This document shows positions 15,127 to 24,718 of a DNA stretch of 42,086 nt, piece by piece; position 1 is the stretch's first letter, and every line of letters begins with the position of its first letter. This DNA is from a virus. Below the pieces are notes generated by a model that saw nothing but the letters and a program-made list of their open reading frames with translations, made no database searches and was not told the origin of the DNA. The stretch lies in IMG/VR virus record IMGVR_UViG_3300027832_000001. One strand, 5' to 3'. The translations under genes were made by a program, and so were the position numbers.

Positions 15127-15945
15127 ATGGCTGGAGTTCCAGATATCTACGACGTGACCACGGCACCGGTCTCTGCACCACGAGCATTCGGCGGATTGAG
15201 CGTGTTCGACTTCGAGGACTACGGCGAGCACGCTGGCCTCGGGATGACATGGGATACGACGGCCTGCTTCCAAAGTGGCTTCACATACAACGCCTGCGTG
15301 GATCCCTCACGAGATCCTCTGACCGCCTCGGGTTGCAACATCCAGGGCTACGCCGACCCGTTCGCTGTCTACACTTACGACACCGACTCGATCGGTGCGG
15401 GGAGCCGCAGCATCGCCCAGCACGAGGCCAACGCTACGGCCCGACTCCTCGCCGCTGAGCAATGGGGTTTCGAGCAGTACCTCGTCGCCTACCTGATCGC
15501 AAACAAGACTGACGTGGCGATGGCCGGGCTGGCCCCTGCCGCCGACGGCAACACCACCGCTCAGCGGGCGTTCATCGCACTCGCCACCGCCGAAGAAGCG
15601 ACAGCCCAGATCACCAACAACGAACGCACACTGTTCATGAACACCTGGCTCGGCTCGCTGCTGATCTCCCAGGGTGCTCTCAAGCCCTTCGGTGGCGTCA
15701 TGAAAACGCAGCTCGGTTCGAGGGTTGCGATCACAGCAACCAATCCGCTGACCGGCACCTCGCCCGCCACGATCTACGGCTCCGGCCCGTGGAAGACGCA
15801 TCGGGGTGCAGTCGAAACTCTCAACGGGACGACGGCCCCAGGCACTGCGGTCAACGACGTGTCGATCATCGCCCAACGGGTCTACGCCATCGGCACCGCT
15901 TGCGGCGTCGTAGCTGTCGATTCGGGCATCCTCAAAGTCCCATAA
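15127..15945 (+). CDS. Virion structural protein, unresolved (second capsid-fold protein or major tail subunit)
   Basis: ORF track. AAAGAGG RBS. The C-terminus TAVNDVSIIAQRVYAIG resembles the capsid C-terminal pattern, but homology was not tested. Confidence 0.4.
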   Translation: MAGVPDIYDVTTAPVSAPRAFGGLSVFDFEDYGEHAGLGMTWDTTACFQSGFTYNACVDPSRDPLTASGCNIQGYADPFAVYTYDTDSIGAGSRSIAQHEANATARLLAAEQWGFEQYLVAYLIANKTDVAMAGLAPAADGNTTAQRAFIALATAEEATAQITNNERTLFMNTWLGSLLISQGALKPFGGVMKTQLGSRVAITATNPLTGTSPATIYGSGPWKTHRGAVETLNGTTAPGTAVNDVSIIAQRVYAIGTACGVVAVDSGILKVP

Positions 15946-15979
15946 TTCAACCAATACCCGCCCGTAGGAGGCAACAGCA

Positions 15980-16639
15980 ATGGCAACCAAAATGCTCAAC
16001 TCATTGAAGGGCCGGGTCATCCGAATCACCCGTCTCAACGACTGCGGCGTCCCCGTCGTGGGACTCTGCTCGTCAATCGTGACGGCCGGGTTCATCACTC
16101 TCGGGTTCGCGCCCGAGGTCGAGAGCGGCGAGGAGTACACCCAGAAGAATGCGTGGGGCGATTTCTGTATCAGCGAGAAGGACGCCGACATCAACAAATG
16201 GGTCAACGTGTCGCTCTCGCTCTGCGAGGTGAACCCCGACATCCTCGACATCGTTGGTGGCGGTAGCCCGATTATTGACGGGACCGACACGATCGGTTCG
16301 AGCTTCGGTGCAGCCAACAACACCGAAGGCTTTGCGATCGAAGTGTGGACGAAGCAGGCTGGCGGCAACTGTGCGGGCGGCGTCGCCGAGTGGGGTTACT
16401 TTGTCGCCCCGTTCTGCATCAACGGCACCCTCGACGGCTCGGTCACAATCGAGAACGGCACGATGGCTGTGGATCTCAAAGGCCAGGGCCAAGCCGCCGT
16501 AGCCGCCTGGGGAGTCAACCCATACGGAGACAATCCGCTGCTCGCCGGAGCCGGGTTCCCGGTCGGCGATATGTGGGCGGTCGTCCGTACCACGGTCCAG
16601 CCTCCCGCTGTCACCGACGGTTGCGTGGCTCTCGCATGA
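15980..16639 (+). CDS. Virion structural protein, candidate major tail tube subunit (by elimination)
   Basis: ORF track. AGGAGG RBS. 219 aa with 7 Cys. No other gene of suitable size lies upstream of the chaperone genes. Confidence 0.35.
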   Translation: MATKMLNSLKGRVIRITRLNDCGVPVVGLCSSIVTAGFITLGFAPEVESGEEYTQKNAWGDFCISEKDADINKWVNVSLSLCEVNPDILDIVGGGSPIIDGTDTIGSSFGAANNTEGFAIEVWTKQAGGNCAGGVAEWGYFVAPFCINGTLDGSVTIENGTMAVDLKGQGQAAVAAWGVNPYGDNPLLAGAGFPVGDMWAVVRTTVQPPAVTDGCVALA

Positions 16640-16803
16640 GTCATCCTTTCGCTGACATGCTGCGTGAGGTTGTGGCGGGCACCAGGGTCGATCCTGGCAT
16701 GGCGAAGGCCACGCCAGCAGCAAAGCCCGAATCAAAAATTGAGGCGAAGCCCGAGGCGAAGCCCGGACGCCGCAAAGGCAATTCCGCAGCCAGCGAAGAC
16801 TGA
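16636..16803 (+). CDS. Small Lys/Pro/Ala-rich protein (55 aa)
   Basis: ATG 16636 (ATGA overlap) inside ORF 16345..16803. Confidence 0.45.
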   Translation: MSHPFADMLREVVAGTRVDPGMAKATPAAKPESKIEAKPEAKPGRRKGNSAASED

Positions 16804-16819
16804 CAAGTAGGATTGGTCC

Positions 16820-17527
16820 ATGAGCCGCACCGTTGCCCAGCCGTGGACCAATCTTGTCACCTATCCGTGCGACGTTTCCGCGGTCACTGCTGACATCCTC
16901 GCCCAAGCTTTGAGCATGGCTCAGTCGTGGATGTTTGCTCTGTCCGGTGCTCGCATCGGGATGTTCACAACGACCGACGATATGTACCAGGCCGAGTGCG
17001 GCCCGAGATGTTTCTTCCCGTACAAGGATGCTCAGGGCCAGTGGCGGAACGGTCTTGTCGGGGCGCACGATTGTTGCCGCATCGAAATCTTCCGGCAGCC
17101 GGTCAATGCGATCACCCAGATTAAACTGTCAGGCGTCGTCCTCGACCCGACCGGATATGTGTTGACCTCCAACTCGGTTCGTCGCCTCGATGCGTGCTGG
17201 CCGTGCATCGACAGTTGCGAAGCACCGATCATCCAGTTGGATTACACGTGGGGCGTCACACCGGAGCCGTTGGCGCTGGCTGCTGCTGGCGAGCTGGCTT
17301 GCGAGTTCATCAACATCCTCGTCGGCAGCGAATGCAAGCTGCCGTCGGGTGCTTCGCAGATCGTCCGTCAGGGTGTCACCGTCACCCGACCGAACATCGA
17401 GTCGATTCTGTCCAACGGTCTGACTGGCTTGCCGATCGTTGATGCGTTCATCCGCACATACAACCCAGCCGGGTTGAGGCAACGTTCTCGTGTCATCAGG
17501 ATTGACGGAGTGAGCGTGGCGACATGA
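16820..17527 (+). CDS. Virion protein, possible head-to-tail adaptor (Cys-rich)
   Basis: ORF track. Called from its position in the connector region. 10 Cys in 235 aa. Confidence 0.4.
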   Translation: MSRTVAQPWTNLVTYPCDVSAVTADILAQALSMAQSWMFALSGARIGMFTTTDDMYQAECGPRCFFPYKDAQGQWRNGLVGAHDCCRIEIFRQPVNAITQIKLSGVVLDPTGYVLTSNSVRRLDACWPCIDSCEAPIIQLDYTWGVTPEPLALAAAGELACEFINILVGSECKLPSGASQIVRQGVTVTRPNIESILSNGLTGLPIVDAFIRTYNPAGLRQRSRVIRIDGVSVAT

Positions 17528-18039
17528 CCACGGATGTCACCTTCGGCCCGTACCAGGTCGCAGAGTGGTTTCTTGCGGCGTCGCTCGGCGATCTCGCTGC
17601 GTGTGGATCTGATCCGATCACGACGGCATATGTTGGCGCTGGTCTTGCACCGTGGGACGATTGTTGTGGCCAGCTTGTCGTGACACCGGAGTCCATGTTT
17701 CGGTCGTCGGCGTTCCCGGCCGAGTCGGCGACGGATGACCATTGCGACGGGGCGACGATCGCAATCGGCATCGTGGCGACTTTGGTGCGTTGTGTTCCGA
17801 CATTGTCCGACTCCGGTAAGGCTCCGTCGGCTGAGCAGATCAACGTGGCGCACAAGAAAGTGTTGGATGATGCTGCGATCATGTGGCGTGCGTTCACGTC
17901 GCCGATGCCGGTGGAGAACGAGTGGGATCGGGCACAGGTCCGGCAGGTCATTATTGACACGACGGGCGGGTGCGTTGCGATCGAGACTCGCTGCATTGTT
18001 GGCGTCGAGTCTTCTCGCTGGTGTGTGCACTGCTCATGA
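17524..18039 (+). CDS. Virion protein, possible head-tail connector (Cys-rich)
   Basis: ORF track. ATGA overlap. 9 Cys in 171 aa. Confidence 0.4.
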   Translation: MTTDVTFGPYQVAEWFLAASLGDLAACGSDPITTAYVGAGLAPWDDCCGQLVVTPESMFRSSAFPAESATDDHCDGATIAIGIVATLVRCVPTLSDSGKAPSAEQINVAHKKVLDDAAIMWRAFTSPMPVENEWDRAQVRQVIIDTTGGCVAIETRCIVGVESSRWCVHCS

Positions 18040-18341
18040 CTGTTGTTCAGGTCCGGCTCGACTCGCCCGAGCTGGCGCAGCTCTTGTCTTCGCCGACCGG
18101 GCCGGTCGGCCAGGATCTTGTCCGGCGTTTGCAGCGAGTCACGAACAAGGCGCGCACGTTGGCTCCTGTTGACACCGGCAATCTTCGAGGCTCGATCGAC
18201 TGGGAAGTTCTCAAACGTGGGAACCAGTTGGTCGGTGTCGTCGGGACGAATGTGCCGTATGCGCTTTACATCGAGAAGGGCACCAGATACATGGCCCCTC
18301 GCTCATTCCTGAAAGATGCGTTGTCGGCTGCCCGTTTCTAG
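18036..18341 (+). CDS. HK97 gp10-like neck / tail-completion protein
   Basis: ATG 18036 inside ORF 17970..18341. APVDTGNLRGSI...VPYALYIEKGTRYMAPRSFL matches the gp10-family pattern. Confidence 0.6.
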   Translation: MTVVQVRLDSPELAQLLSSPTGPVGQDLVRRLQRVTNKARTLAPVDTGNLRGSIDWEVLKRGNQLVGVVGTNVPYALYIEKGTRYMAPRSFLKDALSAARF

Positions 18342-18452
18342 CCCCTGAGACGGCGCTATATGCCCGTCTAAGCGCTTCAAGCCGGTATTCGCCGCCGTTG
18401 CCCCGGTCGGGATGGTTGGCTTCTCAGATCGCGCCGACTACTGTCGGGGTTC

Positions 18453-18890
18453 ATGGCACTCTCAAGCAAGAACCTCCAAGCACTCAATCGGGCGAAGGAA
18501 AGGATCGCTGAGTCGGCGATCGTCCTCGAACGCACATACTGGGAGTCGGAGTTCACATTCAGGTTTCGGCCGGTGCTCACGATGCCCGCCCTGGAGGTCA
18601 TCTCAAAGATTCAGGCTTCGACCGGCGACGACGTGATGGCGCAGACCGGCAACGTGAAAGATCTGTTGATACTGATGGCGCTCGACGATGAAACGGAGGA
18701 GCTGATCGACATGCTCATCGTCGAAGGCACTTTGGACATCAAGTCGATGATCGCTTTGCAAGCCGATGTGGTTTCTGCTGCCGCAGCGCGCCCTACCGTG
18801 AGGTCGTCGTCATCAGCGGATGGATCGCTCTCCAGTGGTCCAGCTTCGACGGCCTCTGCACAGCCCGAGGAATCGACGCTGCCGCTCTGA
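18453..18890 (+). CDS. Tail assembly chaperone (G-like)
   Basis: ORF track. Immediately upstream of the tape measure. A downstream -1 frame is open with no start codon. Confidence 0.65.
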   Translation: MALSSKNLQALNRAKERIAESAIVLERTYWESEFTFRFRPVLTMPALEVISKIQASTGDDVMAQTGNVKDLLILMALDDETEELIDMLIVEGTLDIKSMIALQADVVSAAAARPTVRSSSSADGSLSSGPASTASAQPEESTLPL

Positions 18891-19102
18891 GTCTCGACCG
18901 TCTGCTGAATCTGTTTCTTGCGATCGCATATGAGCGGGCCGACGCCGAGATCATCGAGGCGATCGACGATGCGTTGATGCCGCCGAATCAGATCGACTCG
19001 TTGACTGGTTTGCCGTTCGGTTGGGATGAGGAAGACGAACTCGAAGGACTCGGGTCGTTGCTTACAACGGCGCTCCCGGTCGGCGACGCTTCTCCGAAGT
19101 AG
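18453..19102 (+). CDS. Tail assembly chaperone frameshift product (G/T-like, -1 shift somewhere in 18692-18890)
   Basis: The -1 frame is open from 18692 to the TAG at 19100-19102. It has no ATG/GTG/TTG before 18974 and encodes a globular-looking sequence (REVVVISGWIALQWSSFDGL...LLNLFLAIAYERADAEIIEAIDDAL). Confidence 0.55.
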
Positions 19103-19111
19103 GCTGCGAGG

Positions 19112-21844
19112 ATGGCTGGTCCTATCGCTGTTGCAACAATCGAGATTGTTCCAGAGCTTGCTACGTTCAATTCTGGAATCAAGGAAGCATTCTCGAAAGC
19201 ACAAAGCCAGGCGGCGAAGGCTGGCGAAGATATTGAGGACTCTTTCGGTGAGGCTGCCCGACAGTCAATCGACGAGTTCCAAAAGTTCAACACCGGCACA
19301 TTCAAGGATGCAACGGTCGGCGCTGATCGGGCTGGCGAGCAGATCGAGGATTCGTTCAAGGAGGCGCAGCGAACATCGAACAAGGCACTCGGAGGCATCG
19401 ATCTCAAGAAGGCTGCTGCTGGCCTCGCAGGCCTATTTGCTGGCGCTCAGCTCGGCTCGTTCTTCAAGGATGCGACGCTCGACGCTCAACGGTTGAACTC
19501 AGCGCTGGCGAACACTGATGTGATTATCACAGCGACGGGCGGCGTGGCCGGTATAACAGCCGACGAGATCCGCAAGTCTGCTCAGGAGTTGTCGCTGCTG
19601 ACCGGCGTCGCCGCCGTAGACATTCAGGAAGCATCGAACGTTCTTCTCACATTCAAGAACATCGGTTCCGATACGTTCGATCGCACTACGGCGGCGGCGC
19701 TCGACATGACCGCTGTGCTCGGCGGCGATGCGAAGGGTGCTGCTGTCCAATTGGGCAAGGCTCTGAACGATCCGACTAAAGGCGTGTCGGCTCTGGCGAA
19801 AGCTGGTGTCACGTTCACCGATCAGCAGAAAGAACAGATCAAGACAATGCAGGAGTCCGGCGATCTCGTCGGTGCTCAGAACATCGTGCTGGCCGAATTG
19901 GAGGGACAGTTCAAAGGTGCTGCGGAGGCGTCGGCAGACTCGACCGCAAAGATCGGCGCGGCGTTCACAGCATTGAAGGAGAACGTCGGGCAGGGTCTGA
20001 TCGGAGCGCTCGACGAGGTGACCCCTGTCCTGCTCGATCTGATTACCGCCATCACTCCCGCCTTGACTTCGCTCGGCGTGCTGCTGGGCGATGCGTTCAA
20101 AGCTCTGCTCCCGGCGATCAGCGAACTCATCAAGGGACTCACACCGCTCTTCGAGATTTTCGGTGCAATGATCCCCGTGGTCGCACCGATCATCCAACTA
20201 ATTGCCGAAGTGCTCGTCGTCGCATTCCAGACGTTGGCCGACGTTCTGGTCCCTGTTCTCGATGCGTTGGCACCGGTCGTCAAGATGATCGCAGGGAAGC
20301 TCGGCGAGGCGCTCACGAAGATCGCTCCGATTCTCGCCGAGGTCGCTGGGATCATCGCCGACGTGTTCGTGAAAGCGATCGAGATAGCAATACCGATTCT
20401 CGATCAACTGTTCCCGATCTTCACTGAGATTGTTGGCATCGTTGGCGGCGCTCTCACACAGATTCTTGGAGTCCTGGCGACAGCATTTCTCGACATATTC
20501 ACGGCGCTCGCCCCGTTGATCCCGATTCTCGCAGGCGTGTTACTGACGGCCATCGAGCTGCTCGCTCCGCTGTTCACGACGGTCGTCGAAGCCATCGTGC
20601 CGCTGATCCCGTTGATCGCTGATGGGTTGGTCAAGGCAGTCGAAGGATTGATGCCGCTGCTTACGGTGCTGCTCGATGCGTTCGCGCAGATCGCACCGCT
20701 GCTGATCGACGCACTCGTTCCGATCTTGCCGATCCTCGTGGATTTGTTTCTGTCTCTGATTGAGGCGCTTCTACCGCTCGTTCCGACGCTTGTCCTATTG
20801 GTCGAATCATTGCTCCCGTTGATGGTCCAAATCATCGAGGCGCTGACACCGCTGCTTGAGGGAGCGGCTGAGATCATCTCCGCCGTTCTGGTCGTCGCCG
20901 TCGAGTTCCTGTCGGACAAGCTGACATGGCTGCTGGAGGAAGTCATTATTCCAGTCGTTGAGTTTCTGGATCAGAACTTCAAACCTGCGCTTGAAACGCT
21001 CGGTGAGAAGGCGGGCGAGGTCGGCGGCTTCTTCGTCACGATGGGAGAGTTCTTCCAGGGTGTCTACGATGACGTGCTGTTGCCGATCAAAGACTTCTTT
21101 GTTGGTGCGTTCAAAATTGCGATTGAAGCTGCCGGTGTTTACTTCGAGGTTCTCGGCACGGTGTTCGACACTGCGATGGGGGTCATCCAAACAGTCTTCG
21201 ACACTGTGCTCATGCCGATCAAAGACTTCTTTGTTGGTGCGTTCAAAATTGCGATTGAAGCTGCCGGTGTTTACTTCGAGGTTCTCGGCACGGTGTTCGA
21301 CACTGCGATGGGGGTCATCCAAACAGTCTTCGACACTGTGCTCATGCCGATATACAATTTCTTCAACGACGTGTTCGGGACGGCGTTCGAGGCTGCCGGT
21401 ACAGCACTGGAGACGCTGGGCGAAGTGTTCAGCACCGTGTGGGGCGGGATCACGACGACGGTTGACACGGCTGTCGGTGCTGTCAAGACGGCCATCAATA
21501 CAATCATCAGCGGATGGAACGCAATCGAGTTCAAGATCCCCGGCTTCAAGATCGGGCCTATCGGATACGACGGCTTTACACTCGGGCTGCCAAACATCCC
21601 GAAGCTCGCGAACGGTGCGATGATTAACTCGCCGACGCTCGCCCTGGTCGGCGAGGCTGGCCCCGAGCTGGTGCTGCCACTCAACCGTCCCCGCCGTGCA
21701 GCCCAGCTTCTCAACGAGTCCGGTATTGGCGGCGGCGGTGCGGTCGTGTCGATCGCCACCGCAAACTTCTACGATGGCACGGACGCCGATCTGGTGGCAC
21801 AGAAAACGATGCTCGCTTTGAGCGCAAGGAGGCTGACAGCATGA
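19112..21844 (+). CDS. Tape measure protein
   Basis: ORF track. 910 aa, helical and hydrophobic repeats. C-terminal GPIGYDGFTLGLPNIPKLANGAMINSPTLALVGEAGPELVLP. Confidence 0.9.
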   Translation: MAGPIAVATIEIVPELATFNSGIKEAFSKAQSQAAKAGEDIEDSFGEAARQSIDEFQKFNTGTFKDATVGADRAGEQIEDSFKEAQRTSNKALGGIDLKKAAAGLAGLFAGAQLGSFFKDATLDAQRLNSALANTDVIITATGGVAGITADEIRKSAQELSLLTGVAAVDIQEASNVLLTFKNIGSDTFDRTTAAALDMTAVLGGDAKGAAVQLGKALNDPTKGVSALAKAGVTFTDQQKEQIKTMQESGDLVGAQNIVLAELEGQFKGAAEASADSTAKIGAAFTALKENVGQGLIGALDEVTPVLLDLITAITPALTSLGVLLGDAFKALLPAISELIKGLTPLFEIFGAMIPVVAPIIQLIAEVLVVAFQTLADVLVPVLDALAPVVKMIAGKLGEALTKIAPILAEVAGIIADVFVKAIEIAIPILDQLFPIFTEIVGIVGGALTQILGVLATAFLDIFTALAPLIPILAGVLLTAIELLAPLFTTVVEAIVPLIPLIADGLVKAVEGLMPLLTVLLDAFAQIAPLLIDALVPILPILVDLFLSLIEALLPLVPTLVLLVESLLPLMVQIIEALTPLLEGAAEIISAVLVVAVEFLSDKLTWLLEEVIIPVVEFLDQNFKPALETLGEKAGEVGGFFVTMGEFFQGVYDDVLLPIKDFFVGAFKIAIEAAGVYFEVLGTVFDTAMGVIQTVFDTVLMPIKDFFVGAFKIAIEAAGVYFEVLGTVFDTAMGVIQTVFDTVLMPIYNFFNDVFGTAFEAAGTALETLGEVFSTVWGGITTTVDTAVGAVKTAINTIISGWNAIEFKIPGFKIGPIGYDGFTLGLPNIPKLANGAMINSPTLALVGEAGPELVLPLNRPRRAAQLLNESGIGGGGAVVSIATANFYDGTDADLVAQKTMLALSARRLTA
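21083..21346 (+). repeat. Perfect 2 x 132-bp tandem duplication inside the tape measure gene
   Basis: 21083-21214 and 21215-21346 are identical base for base (44 aa: PIKDFFVGAFKIAIEAAGVYFEVLGTVFDTAMGVIQTVFDTVLM). Confidence 0.95.
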
Positions 21845-22770
21845 CCGTCTACCTGACCGATCCGACGTTGGGTGTTCTCAATCTTGGCCCCACCAGCGAA
21901 CAGATCGCAGCCGGAGAATGTGGTGGCACCGGCTACGTCGTTTCGGAGTGGACGGTCGGGTTCCCCGAGGTGCGTGCCGTGTCCCGTGCCAGGGCGCTCT
22001 CCGACGGGTCGGTCGATGATTCACGCTTCGTAGGTCCGAGAGCGATCAGCTTCGGAATCACCATCGACCAAAGAGTGGCTGATCCGCAGGTGCTCGTTGA
22101 GCAGCTCACCCCGTACCTGTCGCCCCGTGTCCGCCCTCGGCTGGTCTGGGCGATCCCTGGGTCCACTCAGGAGCGCTCGGCGGTCGTCCGAGGGCAAGAT
22201 ATGTCGCTATCGATTGTGCGTCCGAAGTTTCATCAGGTGATCGCTTCATGGGTTGCCCCGAACGGGCTGCTCGAATCCCCGGTCGAGAACTCTCGGACGA
22301 TCCGGCCGTCCACCGATGTCGAGGACGGTCGCCATTACTCGACGCCAGCCGACCAGTACGGCCCGTACTACACGAACGCCACCGGCGACGTTGGCCGACA
22401 GTATGAGCCGGGTGCCGGTATCGGTGCGTACATCATCAACAATGCCGGGAACGCTGTCGCAGACTGGACTGCTGTGATCTTCGGGCCGGTCGAGACACCC
22501 AGCTTGACGATCAACGGGACCGAGATCATCTTCAACCGTGACGGCGGTCTGACATTGAACGGCGGTACGTCGGTCGTTCTCGATTCTCGTTCTCGGACGA
22601 TCCTGCGGAACAACGATCCGGCCGATTCGCTGTACGGCAAAGTCAACTTTGACGAATGGGCGTGGGAAGATGTGCGGCTCCAGCCTGGACTCAACAGGAT
22701 CGTCTACGGCGGTGTCGTCATCGGCACGTCGTCGTCCGTCGTGTTCAGTTGGCGGGACTCATACTTGTGA
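21841..22770 (+). CDS. Minor tail protein (distal tail protein-like)
   Basis: ORF track. ATGA overlap. First gene after the tape measure. Confidence 0.6.
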   Translation: MTVYLTDPTLGVLNLGPTSEQIAAGECGGTGYVVSEWTVGFPEVRAVSRARALSDGSVDDSRFVGPRAISFGITIDQRVADPQVLVEQLTPYLSPRVRPRLVWAIPGSTQERSAVVRGQDMSLSIVRPKFHQVIASWVAPNGLLESPVENSRTIRPSTDVEDGRHYSTPADQYGPYYTNATGDVGRQYEPGAGIGAYIINNAGNAVADWTAVIFGPVETPSLTINGTEIIFNRDGGLTLNGGTSVVLDSRSRTILRNNDPADSLYGKVNFDEWAWEDVRLQPGLNRIVYGGVVIGTSSSVVFSWRDSYL

Positions 22771-23834
22771 GCGCCGTCAATGTCGCTGTGGCCGATGTGT
22801 TCACGTTGGGTGTCGGCCCGCATACCGGCGCTCAACCCATCCAAGAGGTCGGCCTGTTCGGTACGGCTTCGGTGGCGATGTCGCTCGACACCGGCCCGAC
22901 GGTCACGTTCGATGTAGCAGGCGACTCTCCTGGCGCACGACAGATTGATGAGCTGGCGACAGATGTCTGGGTGTATCTGAACGGGGCGACGATCGCCCGT
23001 TGCCGTGTCGCTTCGGTGCAGCAGACGTTCGGGCCGGACGGCGACGATACGGTCAACGTCACCGCCGTCGGCTACGAGGCTTTGATGACGGCCCGGCATG
23101 TCCAGTCGCCGCTCGTTTATGCGGGAGTCGATCAGGCGCAGATCGTGTGGGCGCTGATCCAACATACGCAGGCGCAAGCGGGCGGCGATCTGGGCATCAC
23201 TGCCGGGACGCTCGACGGTGGCAGCATCTTACGGGACCGGGCATATCTGATGGGCGAGAACATCGCTGACATCCTGTCGAATCTGTCGGCGACTTTCGAC
23301 GGCCCATGGTGGGGGATCGACGGGCTGCTGAATCTCAACGTCCACCCGTTCTCGACGTTCCCGACTCTGAGCACACCGATCATGTTGGGTGTAACGGCCC
23401 GGTCGATGACCCGCAACTCGGGTGCCTCGACGTTCGCGAACTCGGTGATAGCGGACGGCGACGCCAACTTCACCACCCCTGTCTCGGTCGATGATGCAGG
23501 GATCGCCGCCGACCCGCGAGGACGGTGGGAGAGGATCGCCGGGTTCCCGTTGGTCACTGACCAATCGACGCTCGTGGAGAATGCTGACGGCCTGCTCCAG
23601 TCGGCCCGCTCCCCGATTGCGAGCTGGTCATGCCAGATTGATGCTTCTCGTTTCATCACCGACGCCGGATATATGCCGGGCGACTTCGTCAAGATCGTTG
23701 TCCCTGCTTCGACGGTCGCCCCTTCCGGTGTGCCCGAGTTCTCGGTTGACGGCCAAGTCATGTCGATGACGTTGACGATTGACGCTTCGGGAGAATCGTC
23801 TGTCGATGTCCAATGCGTTGAGGTGGCGACATGA
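22767..23834 (+). CDS. Minor tail protein (baseplate hub / Tal-like position)
   Basis: GTG 22767 (GTGA overlap) inside ORF 22656..23834. Confidence 0.55.
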   Translation: MSAVNVAVADVFTLGVGPHTGAQPIQEVGLFGTASVAMSLDTGPTVTFDVAGDSPGARQIDELATDVWVYLNGATIARCRVASVQQTFGPDGDDTVNVTAVGYEALMTARHVQSPLVYAGVDQAQIVWALIQHTQAQAGGDLGITAGTLDGGSILRDRAYLMGENIADILSNLSATFDGPWWGIDGLLNLNVHPFSTFPTLSTPIMLGVTARSMTRNSGASTFANSVIADGDANFTTPVSVDDAGIAADPRGRWERIAGFPLVTDQSTLVENADGLLQSARSPIASWSCQIDASRFITDAGYMPGDFVKIVVPASTVAPSGVPEFSVDGQVMSMTLTIDASGESSVDVQCVEVAT

Positions 23835-24055
23835 GTGCCGCACGAGGAGCGAAGCCTGGAGTCCAAGCTCAGGCAGCGTTCTTCGAGGACATGCTTCGGC
23901 GGCTCGCTGCACTGGAACGTGCGTCGGGCGGTACGTCTGGTTTCACCTTCTACGGCGAGGCGACTCCGACGACGACTCGTGACGGACACACCTGGTTCAA
24001 GCCATCGACTGCTGCGGCGTCGGTCTGGTCGGCTGGCGCATGGGTCATCTATTGA
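23831..24055 (+). CDS. Small minor tail protein
   Basis: ORF track. ATGA overlap. Confidence 0.5.
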   Translation: MSAARGAKPGVQAQAAFFEDMLRRLAALERASGGTSGFTFYGEATPTTTRDGHTWFKPSTAAASVWSAGAWVIY

Positions 24056-24082
24056 TCTTGACCGTGTTGTAGGCTCGACGCT

Positions 24083-24718
24083 ATGACGATCGAACTTCCT
24101 CTCTGGCTCCAGAACGTCGAGTACAGCGCACGTCTCGACCGGCTTCTCATCGAGCGTGTCGCCCGAGGCTTGGAGCAGGTGTACGAAGGGTTCGAGGTAA
24201 CCCAGGACGGTGTCGGCTCGTTCAATGTGGATGTTGCTGCTGGAGGCTGTGTCATCCAGGGCGACGATTCTGTCGATCAGGGCATGTATATGGTGCAGTC
24301 CACAACGTCCGTAACGGTGCCTGTGCCGCCGTCTCCGGTGTCCGGTACTCGTACCGATACGGTAATCATCAGGGTCAACGATTCGCAGGCTGGTGGCCTT
24401 TCGACTCCAGCCGATCAGGCGGTCATCGAAGTGATCGAGGGGACGGTCCTGCCGGATACGTCGATCTCGTTGGCGACGATTGCTCGCATATCATCTGAGT
24501 CGGCGATCCTTGATTCTGAGATCACCGACACCCGAGTTGTGATCCCGAGCACTCTGGTCAACTCGATCAACGGCATGACTGGAGTGGTGACGCTTACTGC
24601 TGCCGATGTTGATGCGGTGCCGGTTTCGTTCGGGTCGGCGATGCGGTTCCGTGGATACGGTGCTGCGGAGCCTGTCACCGACTTACAGGTTGGCGACGTG
24701 TTCTTCAAGGAGGCGTAG
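24083..24718 (+). CDS. Minor tail protein
   Basis: ORF track. Located in the tail module. Confidence 0.55.
   Translation: MTIELPLWLQNVEYSARLDRLLIERVARGLEQVYEGFEVTQDGVGSFNVDVAAGGCVIQGDDSVDQGMYMVQSTTSVTVPVPPSPVSGTRTDTVIIRVNDSQAGGLSTPADQAVIEVIEGTVLPDTSISLATIARISSESAILDSEITDTRVVIPSTLVNSINGMTGVVTLTAADVDAVPVSFGSAMRFRGYGAAEPVTDLQVGDVFFKEA

Noticed and set aside
18342-18452. Possible remnant of a deleted major tail gene, or a small RNA, in the 111-nt gap before the chaperone gene
   Set aside because: The gap holds only weak 5-6 bp hairpins and no ORF fragment with recognisable similarity. The observation is kept as context in the gene-order finding.
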